DNA of 64,000 bases from Ostreococcus lucimarinus (Eukaryota). Within the stretch, counting starts at the first letter, position 1, and each line of letters opens with the position of its first letter. A program made the position numbers and the translations under genes. The stretch lies in the NCBI GenBank assembly GCA_000092065.1, contig CP000583.1; one strand, written 5' to 3'. Positions 39,955-50,634 of this stretch are shown piece by piece. The notes under the pieces were generated by a model that was not told the origin of the DNA, searched no databases, and saw only the letters and a list, made by a program, of their open reading frames with translations.

Positions 39955-40938
39955 TCAGCTGAGGTTGCTAATCAATGTGAGCGAAAACGCACGCCATAAA
40001 TATGCCATAAAGGTGACATCCCCGTTGTACTCCTCCGACGTGGCGCCGAACGCGCGAGTGAGCCTCGCGCGTGACTCCACGAGCGCCGCTCGACAAGAAT
40101 CGAGCTCTGGTCTCGCGACATCGAACGAGAGCAACACCACTCCAGCGTCCCTAGACACGTTCCAAAACGCGCTCGGGTGATAATCGTTCACGACGTGCAC
40201 AGAACCCACCTCGAGCGCGCGCGTTTCGTCCCCCGAACGCAACCCAGCGGCTTTGCCGTGCAATCCCGCGTCTCGGGCCAACACCACGTGCGCGCGCCAG
40301 TACCCGTCCGAGAGCCCCGTCGTCACGCGTCCCGTCGCGCTCGACGCCCCGCCCGCCCCAGGACTCAGCACCCAAATCTTTCCATTGAATCCACCCACCG
40401 ACGCCACGACCGCGGACGTGCTCGGAAAGCACCTCGCCGCCAAGCGACTCGGCGCGTCGAGCGTCGCGTCGTGTAACGGAATCGTCCCCCATCCCGCGTC
40501 CCGCATCTTCTCGCTCGGCTGCCGCGCGTCCGCGACGTCTCCACCGACCCCACTCAACTCACCCTTCCCCTCGCACGCTCCTCGCACGAACGACGCTAAC
40601 TCTCTCGCGAACGCCGGCGCGTTGTCCCGAACCGCCTCCGCGAACGTCGCCGTCGTCTCCCTCTCGAACGCCCCATCGCCTCGTTTCCGTCGGTACCGTC
40701 CCAGCGCGAGTCCATAAAACGCAAACACCGGCCGTCCGCACCACGCGCGCCAGTACGGGAGCACCAGCGCGCTGACGCACAGCGCGCACGCCGTCCCGAT
40801 GTGTCCCTTTCGTTCGTATCCTCGCGCCGACAGCGTCAGGACGAGCGCACCGTACGGCGCCGCGAACGCCATCCATCGCGCGTGGTCTCCGAGCGCTCGA
40901 GTCCTCGGTCGTCGTCGCGCCGCGCGCTCGCGCGCCAT
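39955..40938 (-). CDS. Hypothetical membrane protein (two N-terminal TM helices), family not recognised
   Basis: ATG 40938 verified. Hydrophobic helices AFAAPYGALVLTLSA and TACALCVSALVLPYWRAW, then a ~230-aa soluble domain without recognisable motifs. Confidence 0.35.
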   Translation of the reverse strand: MARERAARRRPRTRALGDHARWMAFAAPYGALVLTLSARGYERKGHIGTACALCVSALVLPYWRAWCGRPVFAFYGLALGRYRRKRGDGAFERETTATFAEAVRDNAPAFARELASFVRGACEGKGELSGVGGDVADARQPSEKMRDAGWGTIPLHDATLDAPSRLAARCFPSTSAVVASVGGFNGKIWVLSPGAGGASSATGRVTTGLSDGYWRAHVVLARDAGLHGKAAGLRSGDETRALEVGSVHVVNDYHPSAFWNVSRDAGVVLLSFDVARPELDSCRAALVESRARLTRAFGATSEEYNGDVTFMAYLWRAFSLTLISNLS

Positions 40939-41027
40939 CGCGTCGTCCCGAAATGCGGAAAATTACATTCATTAATCTTCGCGCGCGCGCGCGTCACTCG
41001 GCGACGCGCGGACGCGCGGACGCGACG

Positions 41028-43121
41028 ATGGCGCGGCGCGCGGACGTCGACGCCCTCATCGTCGGCTTCGAGCGGTGCGCGAGCACCGCGCCGCTGTTCG
41101 CCGAGGACTCGAGCAGCGACGAGCGCGCGAGCGCGCGACGGCTCGAGGACGCGCGCGACGACGCGCGCGACCGGAGCGCGTCCGACAGCGATTGGTCCGA
41201 CGCGGAGCTGCGCGAGAGCGATGGGGCGGCGTTCGATGAAAAACCGCCGAGCGCGGCGCAGGGGGGCGGACGGCCGTGGGCGCACGCGGCGAGGGCGCGA
41301 AGACGCGCGCGAAGGGCGGCGAGGGCGGAGGCGAAGGCGAACGACGCGAGCGCGGAGGAAGGAGACGAAATGATGGTTGGATCGGGAGTGTTCATCGGTG
41401 ATTTGCACGCGGACGCGACGCTGGAGATATTGAGACATCTGACGCCTCGAGACGTGGCGAGGGTGGCGGCGACGAGGAAGAAGGAACGAAATATGTTGGT
41501 GGGGAAGACGAGCGAAATCGCGGAGGCGGCGTGGGGACGGGTGAAGCTGCGTAAGGGTGAGAGCGCGAGTAAGGCGCTGGCGACGCTTCGGTGCGTGGCC
41601 AAGGATACTTTAAAGGAGCTGGATGTGAGTTCGGTGCGTGGTATGCGTAAGGCGGAATTGTTGGCGACGATGGAGGCGTGCGAGGCGTTGCGAGAGTTTC
41701 GCGCCGTGGATATGGGTGAGATGGGTAAACTCACGACAAAGGACGTCCGCGCGTACGCGAGAGCCATCGGGACGCGATTGCGAAAGATAACGTGCGATTT
41801 GGGACATAAAATTTTGTATGACCCGATAAGGCGCGATCCCACGGCCAAGTACGTCGACGTTTATGACGATAACGTGCAGGATTTGGTGGAAACGTTGGCC
41901 ATCCCGCAACTTCACGTTCGGCGTCTGAAATTGCATAGCTCGGATCCAGGGAGCGTTCGAGCGGCGGCGGTGGCGGCAGCATCCAATGGACCGAATAAAG
42001 TGGAGTCGTTCGATGCGAGCTGGAGCTTGAGAATTTCAAACGAAGGCGCTCGCGCGGTTGCAGAGGTGCTTGCTCAAGGTTGGGATTTGAAGCGTCTCGC
42101 GTTACGCAAAGTGAACATCTCCGATGACGGCGCGGTGAGCTTGGCTGAGGCCATCAAGGCATCGGCGGAAAGTGGCACAAGTAAACTTCGATGGCTCGAT
42201 CTCGGATCAAACGACGTACGAAGCCGAGGTGCGGTGGCAATTGGCGAGGCGCTCGAGCATCCGGGCGTGAATATTACTCGCTTGACGCTTCGGGGCAACG
42301 GCATATGCTCTGAGGGTATGGATGCACTCGGCAAAGGTATCTCGATGTCGAGCACGCTTCGTCGCATTGATCTTGCACACAACGGTTTCGGAGATCGAGG
42401 TGCGATCGCGTTCGCAGACGCGCTCTCGCGTGGCACGGCGCCGAATCTCCGAGTCCTTCTTCTCGGCTTTAATTCAATCGGCCCGGATGGTATGCGTGCT
42501 TTGATGCAAGCGTTGATGCATACGGACGTGGAGCACTTGGACGTGGGATGTAACGTTATTGGAGCGTCGGGTGCGAAAGCTATCGCCGAAATGATCAACT
42601 CGACGCGTCTTAAAAGTCTCAATCTTGCGTGCAACAACATTGGCTTGCGAGGCGAGCGTTCGGGCCTCACTGCTTTGGCGAAGGCTTTGGAGAAGAACAA
42701 AACGCTCGAGATTTTGAATTTACGCGGAAATGCGCTGCACACAAATTGCGCTCAAGATATTGCGGACGTCTTGTTAGAAGAGACGGCGCTAATTCAGCTC
42801 AACGTCGGATACAACGAGCTGTACGACAATGGCGCATGGGAAATCGCAGAGGCGCTCGAGGAAAACACCACGCTTCTTGGCTTGGATTTTCAGCGCAACG
42901 AAGTCACTGACGCTGGCGCGAGTAACATTGCCAAGACATTGGCAGTAAATTCTATCATTCAGGAAATCGATTTGCGAAGTAACATGATCAGCTCCGAGGG
43001 CGTCGCGAAACTTCAGCCGTACGGGTTGAAGACGAATACTCGCTGGCAACTCGAGCCTCCGAAGTACAAGGAGAAGCCGAAACCGCGTTTTTCCGCTCGG
43101 AAGCCAAAGGCAAATAAGTAG
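41028..43121 (+). CDS. F-box-like + RNI-type leucine-rich-repeat protein
   Basis: ATG 41028 in-frame. Acidic/Ser-rich N-terminus, an F-box-like helix (IGDLHADATLEILRHLTPRDVARVAATRK), then ~12 ribonuclease-inhibitor-like LRRs (L.L..N.IG..GA.AL..AL..N..L..L.L..N.I). Confidence 0.7.
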   Translation: MARRADVDALIVGFERCASTAPLFAEDSSSDERASARRLEDARDDARDRSASDSDWSDAELRESDGAAFDEKPPSAAQGGGRPWAHAARARRRARRAARAEAKANDASAEEGDEMMVGSGVFIGDLHADATLEILRHLTPRDVARVAATRKKERNMLVGKTSEIAEAAWGRVKLRKGESASKALATLRCVAKDTLKELDVSSVRGMRKAELLATMEACEALREFRAVDMGEMGKLTTKDVRAYARAIGTRLRKITCDLGHKILYDPIRRDPTAKYVDVYDDNVQDLVETLAIPQLHVRRLKLHSSDPGSVRAAAVAAASNGPNKVESFDASWSLRISNEGARAVAEVLAQGWDLKRLALRKVNISDDGAVSLAEAIKASAESGTSKLRWLDLGSNDVRSRGAVAIGEALEHPGVNITRLTLRGNGICSEGMDALGKGISMSSTLRRIDLAHNGFGDRGAIAFADALSRGTAPNLRVLLLGFNSIGPDGMRALMQALMHTDVEHLDVGCNVIGASGAKAIAEMINSTRLKSLNLACNNIGLRGERSGLTALAKALEKNKTLEILNLRGNALHTNCAQDIADVLLEETALIQLNVGYNELYDNGAWEIAEALEENTTLLGLDFQRNEVTDAGASNIAKTLAVNSIIQEIDLRSNMISSEGVAKLQPYGLKTNTRWQLEPPKYKEKPKPRFSARKPKANK

Positions 43122-43185
43122 AGACTCGAAAGAGTTTGCATCACAATAGTACAGTATTAAGCGTGTTGTTTTACATTTTCGTTTG

Positions 43186-46100
43186 CTAATCTTTCTTTGA
43201 GTGCCGTTCGTTGAACGAGACGTCGCGGTGAACTTCTTCCTTGCGCGACGAGTTATCTCTAAGCCATTCACGGAGATTATCGAATTCACCTCGGAACGAA
43301 ATCTGTGGATGCTTGGCTAATATATCCAACATAAGGTATGGCATCGCAAGATCGGATATGGCCTTTTGAGATGGGACCGAATTGAGCGCCAACGCCAGTG
43401 TGCACCCGATGACGGCGCGCGTGATGCCCTCAGATTCGGCGCCGAAATCTTTCAAGGCGTTCTTCAAGACTCTTAGCGAAGATTCGCCTTGGTTGGTCTT
43501 AACTAACATGAATGCCACCTTAGCGCGATGATTCTCCTTGACGAGCGCCCAAATAGCTGTGGCGCCCCACTGTTGCAACTCAATGTTGCTGGAAGACTTC
43601 GACATGGCGTCTAAGATGGCCTTGAACATGTCGCCACTGATAACAGATGCGTCCGACTGGCAGCGTTTGAGCGTCAAGTTACTCGACGTAAGCATGTGAA
43701 TTAGCGCGCAGGCACCAGTACAGAAAGTCGCATCACCAATAGTGATAGCGTGCGCCAAAGCAGCAAGGCCTCCATTCAGCACGATTGCGATGCCAACGGT
43801 TGGTTCCTCGTAGAACATGTTTGCGAGAGCTTCAGAGGCTTCAACGTGCATTCTGCTGTCACGTGCTTTCAAAACCGAAATAGCTTCGTTTATGGTCCAC
43901 TCATGTTTACTGCGTTCCTTCACTTCTCCAAAACTGGGTTGCTTACTACGAAGATGCGAAGACTTTCCTTCCCCACTTTGATGCAGGTTCTCTCCAGAGA
44001 AGTTACGCTGCAGCGCGCTCATTTGCTTCCCATCATCAACCTCATCTTGCTTAGCCGACTTTGACTCCGCACCTCGGGTGTCAAAAGCATCCAAACCAGA
44101 CTGAGAATGAATAGCTTGAAGCGATGAATTTGCGTCATTGAGGCTAGAGCGTTGACGCTCGTCTTGCCCTTGATTTTGCGCACTCGTCCTCGCTTTTGGC
44201 GCCGTCTCGGCGCGATCTGGTCTAGAGCGTTGACGTTCGTCTTGCCCTTGATTTTGCGCACTCGTCCTCACTTTTGGCGCCGTCTCAGCGCGATCTGGTC
44301 TAGATCGTTGACGTTCGTCTTCCTCTTGATTTTGCGCACTCGTCCTCACTTTTGGCGCCGTCTCAGCGCGATCTGGTCTAGATCGTTGACGTTCGTCTTC
44401 CTCTTGATTTTGCGCACTCGTCCTCACTTTTGGCGCCGTCTCAGCGCGATCTGGTCTAGATCGTTGACGTTCGTCTTCCTCTTGATTTTGCGCACTCGTC
44501 CTCACTTTTGGCGCCGTCTCAGCGCGATCTGGTCTAGATCGTTGACGTTCGTCTTCCTCTTGATTTTGCGCACTCGTCCTCACTTTTGGCGCCGTCTCAG
44601 CGCGATCTGGTCTGGATCGTTGACGTTCGTCTTCCTCTTGATTTTGCGCACTCGTCCTCACTTTTGGCGCCGGCGTCAACGCGCTTTCGTCCTCTGAGGC
44701 TTGTGCAAATAACTTTTGCGCCTTAATATGATCGTTTGAAAGTTGAGAATCCTCTTGCGTCCCGGATTCGAGCGCACTTTCCGCGGCGTTTCGCTCCGTC
44801 CGGGATACGGGGTTACTTCGAGAGGTAGATTTCGCACCGCCTCTATCGCCTCTGATCCAATCACGCAACGAACCAAACTCACCGTGAAAGGAAATGCCTT
44901 GATTTTCGCTGAGTGCTTTTCGCACATCGCTGCGCAACCCACGTTCAACCAGTTGGTCTTGAATCTCTTTGTTGTCTTTTGCAAGGGAAAGAATGCATCC
45001 GAGAAACTTGCGAATGGTCGACACATACTGGTTAGATCCAACGTCAGCGCGCGCCTGGCTCAACCCTTCTTTGAGGAAATCCATGACTTGCGGGCCGCAA
45101 TCCATGACATTCTGTTGCGCAAATTTACCACCAACACCGGTGTACGCCCAGAGAGCGTGCGCTGCTTCAGCTTTCATCTCCAGATCATCTGAGTGACGCA
45201 CCACTGCGTCCATGATTGCAGACGGCAAGATCTTGAAACGCACTTGTTTCATCAGTCGCATCATCGTGCTTGGATCCGTAAGCAAGGCGCGCAAGACACG
45301 CATACACGCATACATCATGTCGGGATTGTACAAATAGTAACGCAAGCACTCCACCGCCGTGCGAGGACCACCGCACGTGAGAACAAGGTATGCACATCCC
45401 TTCTCCGTGATCCGCGCCAATGCGAGCAGGGAGCGGTAAGCGATTTCTTCGCTTTCCGCCTTCGACACGCCAGCAACCGAGCCTGGAGGATTAAGAGCAA
45501 TCTTGCATAGCATCATAATCACTCTTTTCTTCGCGAAATAAATGCCTTCCTTCGTGATTCCACGCGCCGTCATGTGTGAGCGCAGAGCTGACGCTCTCTG
45601 CTGCTGTTCAATAACTTTCTTCTCGCGATCATCCTTCGGTTTCTTCGACTGTTTATCGTTCGACTCATTAGCATCACGTCCTCCTGGAGTTCGTGCTTTC
45701 GGTGTTTCATCGTCGGGAGCGAAAGATGGCGACTCGTATTCTTCTTTGATCCAATCTTTGAGGGACGAAAACTCGCCGGCAAACGAAAGTGAAGGATTTT
45801 CGGTAAGTGTCTTGCGAATCATCGCGCGATAACCCTCATTTACCAAGAAGTTTTGCATGGTCTTGTTGCCGTTCGCAAGTGATAAGAGCATACCCACAAT
45901 TTTGTGACGGTACTTGGCGTTCGGATCCTTTTCTTTGATCTTCAGATCGTTGAGTGATGTCTTAACGTAACGCAAAAATCCGGAGCTCTTGCAACGTTCT
46001 TGAGCAAGCTTTCCTCCCAACGTATTCGATGCCCACAAGGCATGAGCCCCTTCGCCAACGATGTCAATTTCGCCGGCATGAAGACCAGTCGCGTGCGAAA

Positions 46101-47274
46101 TGGCGTTGGGAAGCAATCTGAAGCGCTGTTGCTTTTTGATGTGCATCATCGTGGACATATTGCTCTCCAGTGCTCGCATCAACTTGAAAGCCGCGACGAC
46201 GACGTCGGGATTCGTTTCGTAGAGCTTCAAGCAGTCGAAAGCGCATCGATTGCCTCCAAGAGTGAGAATCATAAAAGCACTGCTCTTGTGCGCGAGACGC
46301 GCTAGTCCCTCGATGCAACGTTGGGCGATCGCTTCCGAGTCCTCCTTTGTCATTCCTTGGGCGACACCAGGAGGCTTGATCGCCATACAAATCATCGACG
46401 ACACCGCGCGCTTTCGAGCGTCGTATGTGCTCATCATTGACCGCTGACGCATCACCGTAGCTTTAGTTCCGCTGCGGGCGACGACACGTACCTCCTCGAC
46501 TCTATCTGGCCCCTGAGTCGGCGGTGCGCGCAAAGCCCGCGCAGGCGCCGCCGGTCGAGGCTTGTGGCTCCGCGTACGATCTTGCGTCGCCTCTTCTGTC
46601 GTGTTTGTGATGCGACGCGCTTTTGTTTCGTCATCCAACTCCGCCGCGCGTCGCTGGTTGATTGAAAATTGCGACTTCGTCGCGTGTCTTCCCTCAAGCC
46701 ACTCGAGCGCCAAGTGCAAGTCATTCACCCTGATCGCGTCCAAAGCCATCTCCCCATCCTCATACGAGTACCCCAGCATCACCAGCTGCGCGATCACCGT
46801 CACTCGACTCGCCAATTCCGGTGCAATCTTCACCGGCAACGACATCGCCACCGGCATGTCGAAGCCCTCCTGCTCGTATCGCACGCGCGCCACCTCGCCC
46901 TGCAACTGCCGAAACGCCGACGACAAATCAGCCACGCGCTGTTGCGCCTGTCTCAGCTCCTCTCGCTCGCGTTCGATGATTTCATTCGTCCCTTCCGCCG
47001 GTCGCTCTTGCAGCTCCTTCACCGTCGCCTTCAAGTTGGCCACCTCTTGTTCGCTCAGCGACAGCGCCGTGAGCGCGTTGCGCATGGCGCTCGACGCCTG
47101 CGCCAGCATCTGCTGACTCGACGCCGTCTTCGCTCGCAGCGCCTGCTGCGCCGCTTCGATCGCTCGATCAAACTCGTGCTTCGGCACCATTCCATCCACG
47201 ACCTCGACGTCCATGGACAGCGTGTTACTCCCTCCCACCGTCGGCGACCGATCGTCTCGCGCGACCTCCGCCAT
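43186..47274 (-). CDS. Large (1362 aa) protein: N-terminal coiled coil + UBA-like domain, three copies of an unrecognised ~180-aa domain, and an internal 26-aa x8 tandem repeat
   Basis: ATG 47274 verified. UBA-like segment (ELASRVTVIAQLVMLGYSYEDGEMALDAIRVNDLHLALEWLEG). Three homologous modules each end in [IL]SF.GEF..L[RK][DE]W[IL] (..SLSFAGEFSSLKDWIKEE, ..GISFHGEFGSLRDWIRGD, ..QISFRGEFDNLREWLRDN). Eight tandem copies of APKVRTSAQNQEEDERQRSRPDRAET lie between modules 2 and 3. Confidence 0.7.
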   Translation of the reverse strand: MAEVARDDRSPTVGGSNTLSMDVEVVDGMVPKHEFDRAIEAAQQALRAKTASSQQMLAQASSAMRNALTALSLSEQEVANLKATVKELQERPAEGTNEIIEREREELRQAQQRVADLSSAFRQLQGEVARVRYEQEGFDMPVAMSLPVKIAPELASRVTVIAQLVMLGYSYEDGEMALDAIRVNDLHLALEWLEGRHATKSQFSINQRRAAELDDETKARRITNTTEEATQDRTRSHKPRPAAPARALRAPPTQGPDRVEEVRVVARSGTKATVMRQRSMMSTYDARKRAVSSMICMAIKPPGVAQGMTKEDSEAIAQRCIEGLARLAHKSSAFMILTLGGNRCAFDCLKLYETNPDVVVAAFKLMRALESNMSTMMHIKKQQRFRLLPNAISHATGLHAGEIDIVGEGAHALWASNTLGGKLAQERCKSSGFLRYVKTSLNDLKIKEKDPNAKYRHKIVGMLLSLANGNKTMQNFLVNEGYRAMIRKTLTENPSLSFAGEFSSLKDWIKEEYESPSFAPDDETPKARTPGGRDANESNDKQSKKPKDDREKKVIEQQQRASALRSHMTARGITKEGIYFAKKRVIMMLCKIALNPPGSVAGVSKAESEEIAYRSLLALARITEKGCAYLVLTCGGPRTAVECLRYYLYNPDMMYACMRVLRALLTDPSTMMRLMKQVRFKILPSAIMDAVVRHSDDLEMKAEAAHALWAYTGVGGKFAQQNVMDCGPQVMDFLKEGLSQARADVGSNQYVSTIRKFLGCILSLAKDNKEIQDQLVERGLRSDVRKALSENQGISFHGEFGSLRDWIRGDRGGAKSTSRSNPVSRTERNAAESALESGTQEDSQLSNDHIKAQKLFAQASEDESALTPAPKVRTSAQNQEEDERQRSRPDRAETAPKVRTSAQNQEEDERQRSRPDRAETAPKVRTSAQNQEEDERQRSRPDRAETAPKVRTSAQNQEEDERQRSRPDRAETAPKVRTSAQNQEEDERQRSRPDRAETAPKVRTSAQNQGQDERQRSRPDRAETAPKARTSAQNQGQDERQRSSLNDANSSLQAIHSQSGLDAFDTRGAESKSAKQDEVDDGKQMSALQRNFSGENLHQSGEGKSSHLRSKQPSFGEVKERSKHEWTINEAISVLKARDSRMHVEASEALANMFYEEPTVGIAIVLNGGLAALAHAITIGDATFCTGACALIHMLTSSNLTLKRCQSDASVISGDMFKAILDAMSKSSSNIELQQWGATAIWALVKENHRAKVAFMLVKTNQGESSLRVLKNALKDFGAESEGITRAVIGCTLALALNSVPSQKAISDLAMPYLMLDILAKHPQISFRGEFDNLREWLRDNSSRKEEVHRDVSFNERHSKKD
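44110..44700 (-). repeat. 78-bp near-perfect tandem repeat, ~8 copies, in-frame within the 1362-aa CDS
   Basis: Directly visible: period-78 units (..cttgattttgcgcactcgtcctcacttttggcgccgtctcagcgcgatctggtctagatcgttgacgttcgtcttcct..). They are nearly identical except for copies at the array edges. Confidence 0.9.
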
Positions 47275-47525
47275 GATCGCCGCAATTCGTTTTCACGCGT
47301 CGCGTTTCTCCGCCGTCGTCGCGTTCGATCGCGCGCGCGCCGCTTTTCTTCGCGTCGATCGCGCGTCGCGGACGTCCGTCGCCGTCGTCGCGCGCCGTGC
47401 GTCGTCGAATGCGGCACAATTCAATTCGACGAGGTGTTGTCCCGGTGGCTCGAACAATCATCGCGGCCGCACACGCGCGCGCGCGACGTGCGCGAGCGCG
47501 AGCGAGGGGAAAACGCGCGGAAAAG

Positions 47526-49112
47526 ATGAACGCCGAGGCGCGACAGACGCTGCACGCGCTCATGAGCGCGGCTGAAAACCGCACGTGTGCGGATTGCGCG
47601 ACGCACAACCCAGACTGGGCGAGCGTGAACCACGGGATATTCCTCTGCCTGAACTGCAGCGGCGTCCATCGATCGCTGGGCGTGCACGTGAGCTTCGTGC
47701 GGTCGGCGACGATGGACTCTTGGAGCGCGGAACAGTTGGCGTCGATGCGGTGCTCGAGTAACGAGAAGATGAATGCGTTTTTGGAAAAGTATGGGACGGC
47801 GCGCGGGACGAGCGCGCGGGTGAAATACGAGAGCGCGGCGGCGCAGGCGTGGCGGGAAAAGGTGCGATGTGCGGTGCAGGGGAAGGAGTGGAAAAAGCCA
47901 AAGGGGCTGAAGAGCGGTGGAGGCTCGGGGGAGGGGAGAGAGGGGGGTAGAAAGCCGAGCGGGAGCGGGTCGTCGGAGTTGTTTCAATTTGAGGATACAA
48001 ACGAGAGGAAGAAGAGCTCGGGGAAGACGAACGCGAAGGGTGGGTACGACTTATCCACCGGACAAGGGTCATTGGTGAGCAAGCGGTACGTGCATCACGA
48101 CGACGGGTGGGTGCCGCCACCGCCGCCGTTACCGAAAGGCGCGAAGGCAGGGGAGTTTTTACACGGATTGACGCCGCACGAGTGGGTGGCGTTTCTGAAA
48201 AAGTGTGCGAGTCAAGACGATCGAACGTATCACTTGAAGAACATGACGGAAGAAGAGCGCGCACAAGTCGTTGCGGCGATGTCTGGTCAACCCATTCCGC
48301 CGCGCTCTGGGAAGAAGCACGTGCCAAAAATGACGAGCGACGCGGCGACAAATTCTTCCGCGAGTGATTTGAAGACGTTGAATCCATTCGATGGTTTCGG
48401 TAGTAGTAGTGGTGGGGATGATTTTTTCGACGATAGCGGAGCGGCGAGAAAGGAAAAGAAGTCGAAGAAGGAGAAGAAGGAAAAAAAGGAGAAGAAGGAA
48501 AAGTCATCGGCGAACGACAATGAGACGGAGCTTGAGCGACGCATGCGAGAAGCGGGCGAGGCGGCGAAAGCTTTAGCGCGCGAACGCATGCTTGTGAACC
48601 CGAACCGCGCGCAAGAAGATGCTTCTTCGTCTGTGTACGCCGTGCCACAGAAGAAGAAACCATCTTATTCACCAAAGCAATCGTATTTTCACGGAAGCTC
48701 AAATCTCGGCTCTGGTGCGTCTTCGCGGTACGCCGGCTTCGGGAACACGTCTTCGAATCCGAAGGCTCAGGATTGGCAAGACAAGGTAAAGGTTGGGATG
48801 GAGTCTGCTAAAGGCTGGTTGTCTGGGACACTAAAGGGTATCGCGGCCAAGCTTGACAATACTGCCAGCGCGCAGCGTACAGCGCCGCCACCGTCTTACA
48901 ATCAGACGCCCGGCCACTATCAACCGGCAGGACGCCCACCAGAAGTGGCGTCGTACGAGCCACCGCAGGTGCAATCGTACACTCGTCCGCCGAGACCGTC
49001 CCCGAAAGCAAAAGCCGAAAAGTTCTACAGTTCGTCGGATTCTGACAGTAGTGAAGATGAAGACACCCCAGAGAAGCTCGCGTCCGACTTTTCAAATTTG
49101 ATGGATAAGTGA
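47526..49112 (+). CDS. ADP-ribosylation factor GTPase-activating protein (ArfGAP)
   Basis: ATG 47526 ([66 protein letters not shown]) is the canonical ArfGAP C4 zinc-finger/Arg-finger domain. The track start 47397 is a GTG. Ser/Gly/Lys-rich C-terminal tail. Confidence 0.85.
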   Translation: MNAEARQTLHALMSAAENRTCADCATHNPDWASVNHGIFLCLNCSGVHRSLGVHVSFVRSATMDSWSAEQLASMRCSSNEKMNAFLEKYGTARGTSARVKYESAAAQAWREKVRCAVQGKEWKKPKGLKSGGGSGEGREGGRKPSGSGSSELFQFEDTNERKKSSGKTNAKGGYDLSTGQGSLVSKRYVHHDDGWVPPPPPLPKGAKAGEFLHGLTPHEWVAFLKKCASQDDRTYHLKNMTEEERAQVVAAMSGQPIPPRSGKKHVPKMTSDAATNSSASDLKTLNPFDGFGSSSGGDDFFDDSGAARKEKKSKKEKKEKKEKKEKSSANDNETELERRMREAGEAAKALARERMLVNPNRAQEDASSSVYAVPQKKKPSYSPKQSYFHGSSNLGSGASSRYAGFGNTSSNPKAQDWQDKVKVGMESAKGWLSGTLKGIAAKLDNTASAQRTAPPPSYNQTPGHYQPAGRPPEVASYEPPQVQSYTRPPRPSPKAKAEKFYSSSDSDSSEDEDTPEKLASDFSNLMDK

Positions 49113-49138
49113 ATGTTTGTATTGCTATCAACTATTGT

Positions 49139-50353
49139 CTATCGTCTAGGTCTCGTTAAAACCCCGCCCTGAACGATCGCTCGCAACAACGCACGAGATG
49201 GTACATCGGACATGTGATAGTGGGGGAAACCGCCGCTTGTCGAGACTCTAAAATGCTCTGAGACGAGCGCTTCGGGAATTTTCACTTTCGGCCACCATGC
49301 GGAGGTATCGAATTCTCCGTAATGCGCTGGGAACTGGTCAAGTAGGAACTCGTCAGGAATGTTCGACAACAACAGCATATCTTCGAGGAAGTAGATGAGG
49401 ATTTCGCCAGCCAAGTTGAGCGCGATCCAAACGCTCAAGCCTATGGCGATGCGCTTTACCCATTTCATACGCCAACCGGTGCCTTGCATCAAGTAAGCCT
49501 CGACTTTATTCATCACTCGAAAATAAATGATCATATCCCCTCGCTCGTTTGTCCCTGGTTTGTGGAAACCTTCGCCTTTTATGACTTTCTCCTCTCCTTT
49601 GCGAATCGTGTGCGAATTCGGTTTGACTGCGAGCTTAATTTCCCTGCCGCTGATGCTGCGGGTAGTGATGACGCATCCGTTCACCGCTTGCCGTGGCTCG
49701 AGCGCGACCCACGTGGCGATGTCAGAGCCATCGTTAACGCGATCAAACCTCGCGTGCGGTCGTTCGCGAATGACAAACATCACGGACTGCAAATCGTTCC
49801 CGCTCGGCGTGAACTTCAACTCAAACCCCTCTCGCCAACCCCTGTGCACTCGCACGGTGAAAACGTGACTCTTCTGCACCACCTTACGCGTTCGTTCATC
49901 TACCCCAAGCACCATAACCCCCTCTCGTCGCACACATCCACTGTACAACTCTTCTAAATCGCACCACAATTCCCGCACCACGCACTCTCGAATCCCGAGC
50001 GCCTCGCAATACATCATCCTCGCTTGCTCCGCCTCAAAGTGATCATACACCCCCGGCTCCTCAAACATCTTCATCCCGATGTCATCGTACTCTTTCCTTT
50101 GTTCAGGATCAGAAAGCACGCTATACGCGTGTCCAATCTCTTGGAATCGCATCTTCGCCGCCTCCTTCGCCGCGTCGTCGCCCGACACCTTGTCCGGGTG
50201 GTTCAATTTCGCCAACTTGTGATACGCCTTGCGCACGTCCGCGCCCGTGATTTTCGGCGACTTCTCCAGCCCGAGCACTTCGTAAAGCTCTCGTTTCGGC
50301 GCAGACGTCGTCGCGGACGCATCCGCGCCATCCTCGCGTCGTCCGCGCGCCAT
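49139..50353 (-). CDS. DnaJ (J-domain) protein with C-terminal TM segment (DNAJB12/14-like ER-membrane type)
   Basis: True ATG 50353 (MARGRRED...); the track start 50371 is a GTG. J domain ELYEVLGLEKSPKITGADVRKAYHKLAKLNHPDKV with the HPD tripeptide. C-terminal hydrophobic helix (RIAIGLSVWIALNLAGEILIYFL). Confidence 0.8.
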   Translation of the reverse strand: MARGRREDGADASATTSAPKRELYEVLGLEKSPKITGADVRKAYHKLAKLNHPDKVSGDDAAKEAAKMRFQEIGHAYSVLSDPEQRKEYDDIGMKMFEEPGVYDHFEAEQARMMYCEALGIRECVVRELWCDLEELYSGCVRREGVMVLGVDERTRKVVQKSHVFTVRVHRGWREGFELKFTPSGNDLQSVMFVIRERPHARFDRVNDGSDIATWVALEPRQAVNGCVITTRSISGREIKLAVKPNSHTIRKGEEKVIKGEGFHKPGTNERGDMIIYFRVMNKVEAYLMQGTGWRMKWVKRIAIGLSVWIALNLAGEILIYFLEDMLLLSNIPDEFLLDQFPAHYGEFDTSAWWPKVKIPEALVSEHFRVSTSGGFPHYHMSDVPSRALLRAIVQGGVLTRPRR

Positions 50354-50634
50354 TTCGTTTGCCAGTTTCACCGAGTGCGCGGTCGAGGGCGTCGGTCCCG
50401 AGGCGGTTTCGCCGCGCCGCGCGCCTCGCGCGCGGCGCCGAGCGACGCGCGCGCGCGTGCGACCGCGCGCGTCGCTCGCGGCGAGATCAACGTCGACGCG
50501 TCGCGCTGTGCGTCCTCAAAGGCTCTCCGACGCGACGCGAGAGACATCGTCTTCGTCTTCATCATCGTTCATCGTTCATCGTCATCGTGCGACGCGCGCG
50601 TCGATCGCGGCTCGACCCAGCGACGCGACGCGCG

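Noticed and set aside
44110-44700. CRISPR-like or satellite interpretation of the 78-bp array
   Set aside because: This is a eukaryotic nuclear locus. The units have no unique spacers, and they are in-frame within a long ORF encoding a 26-aa peptide repeat.
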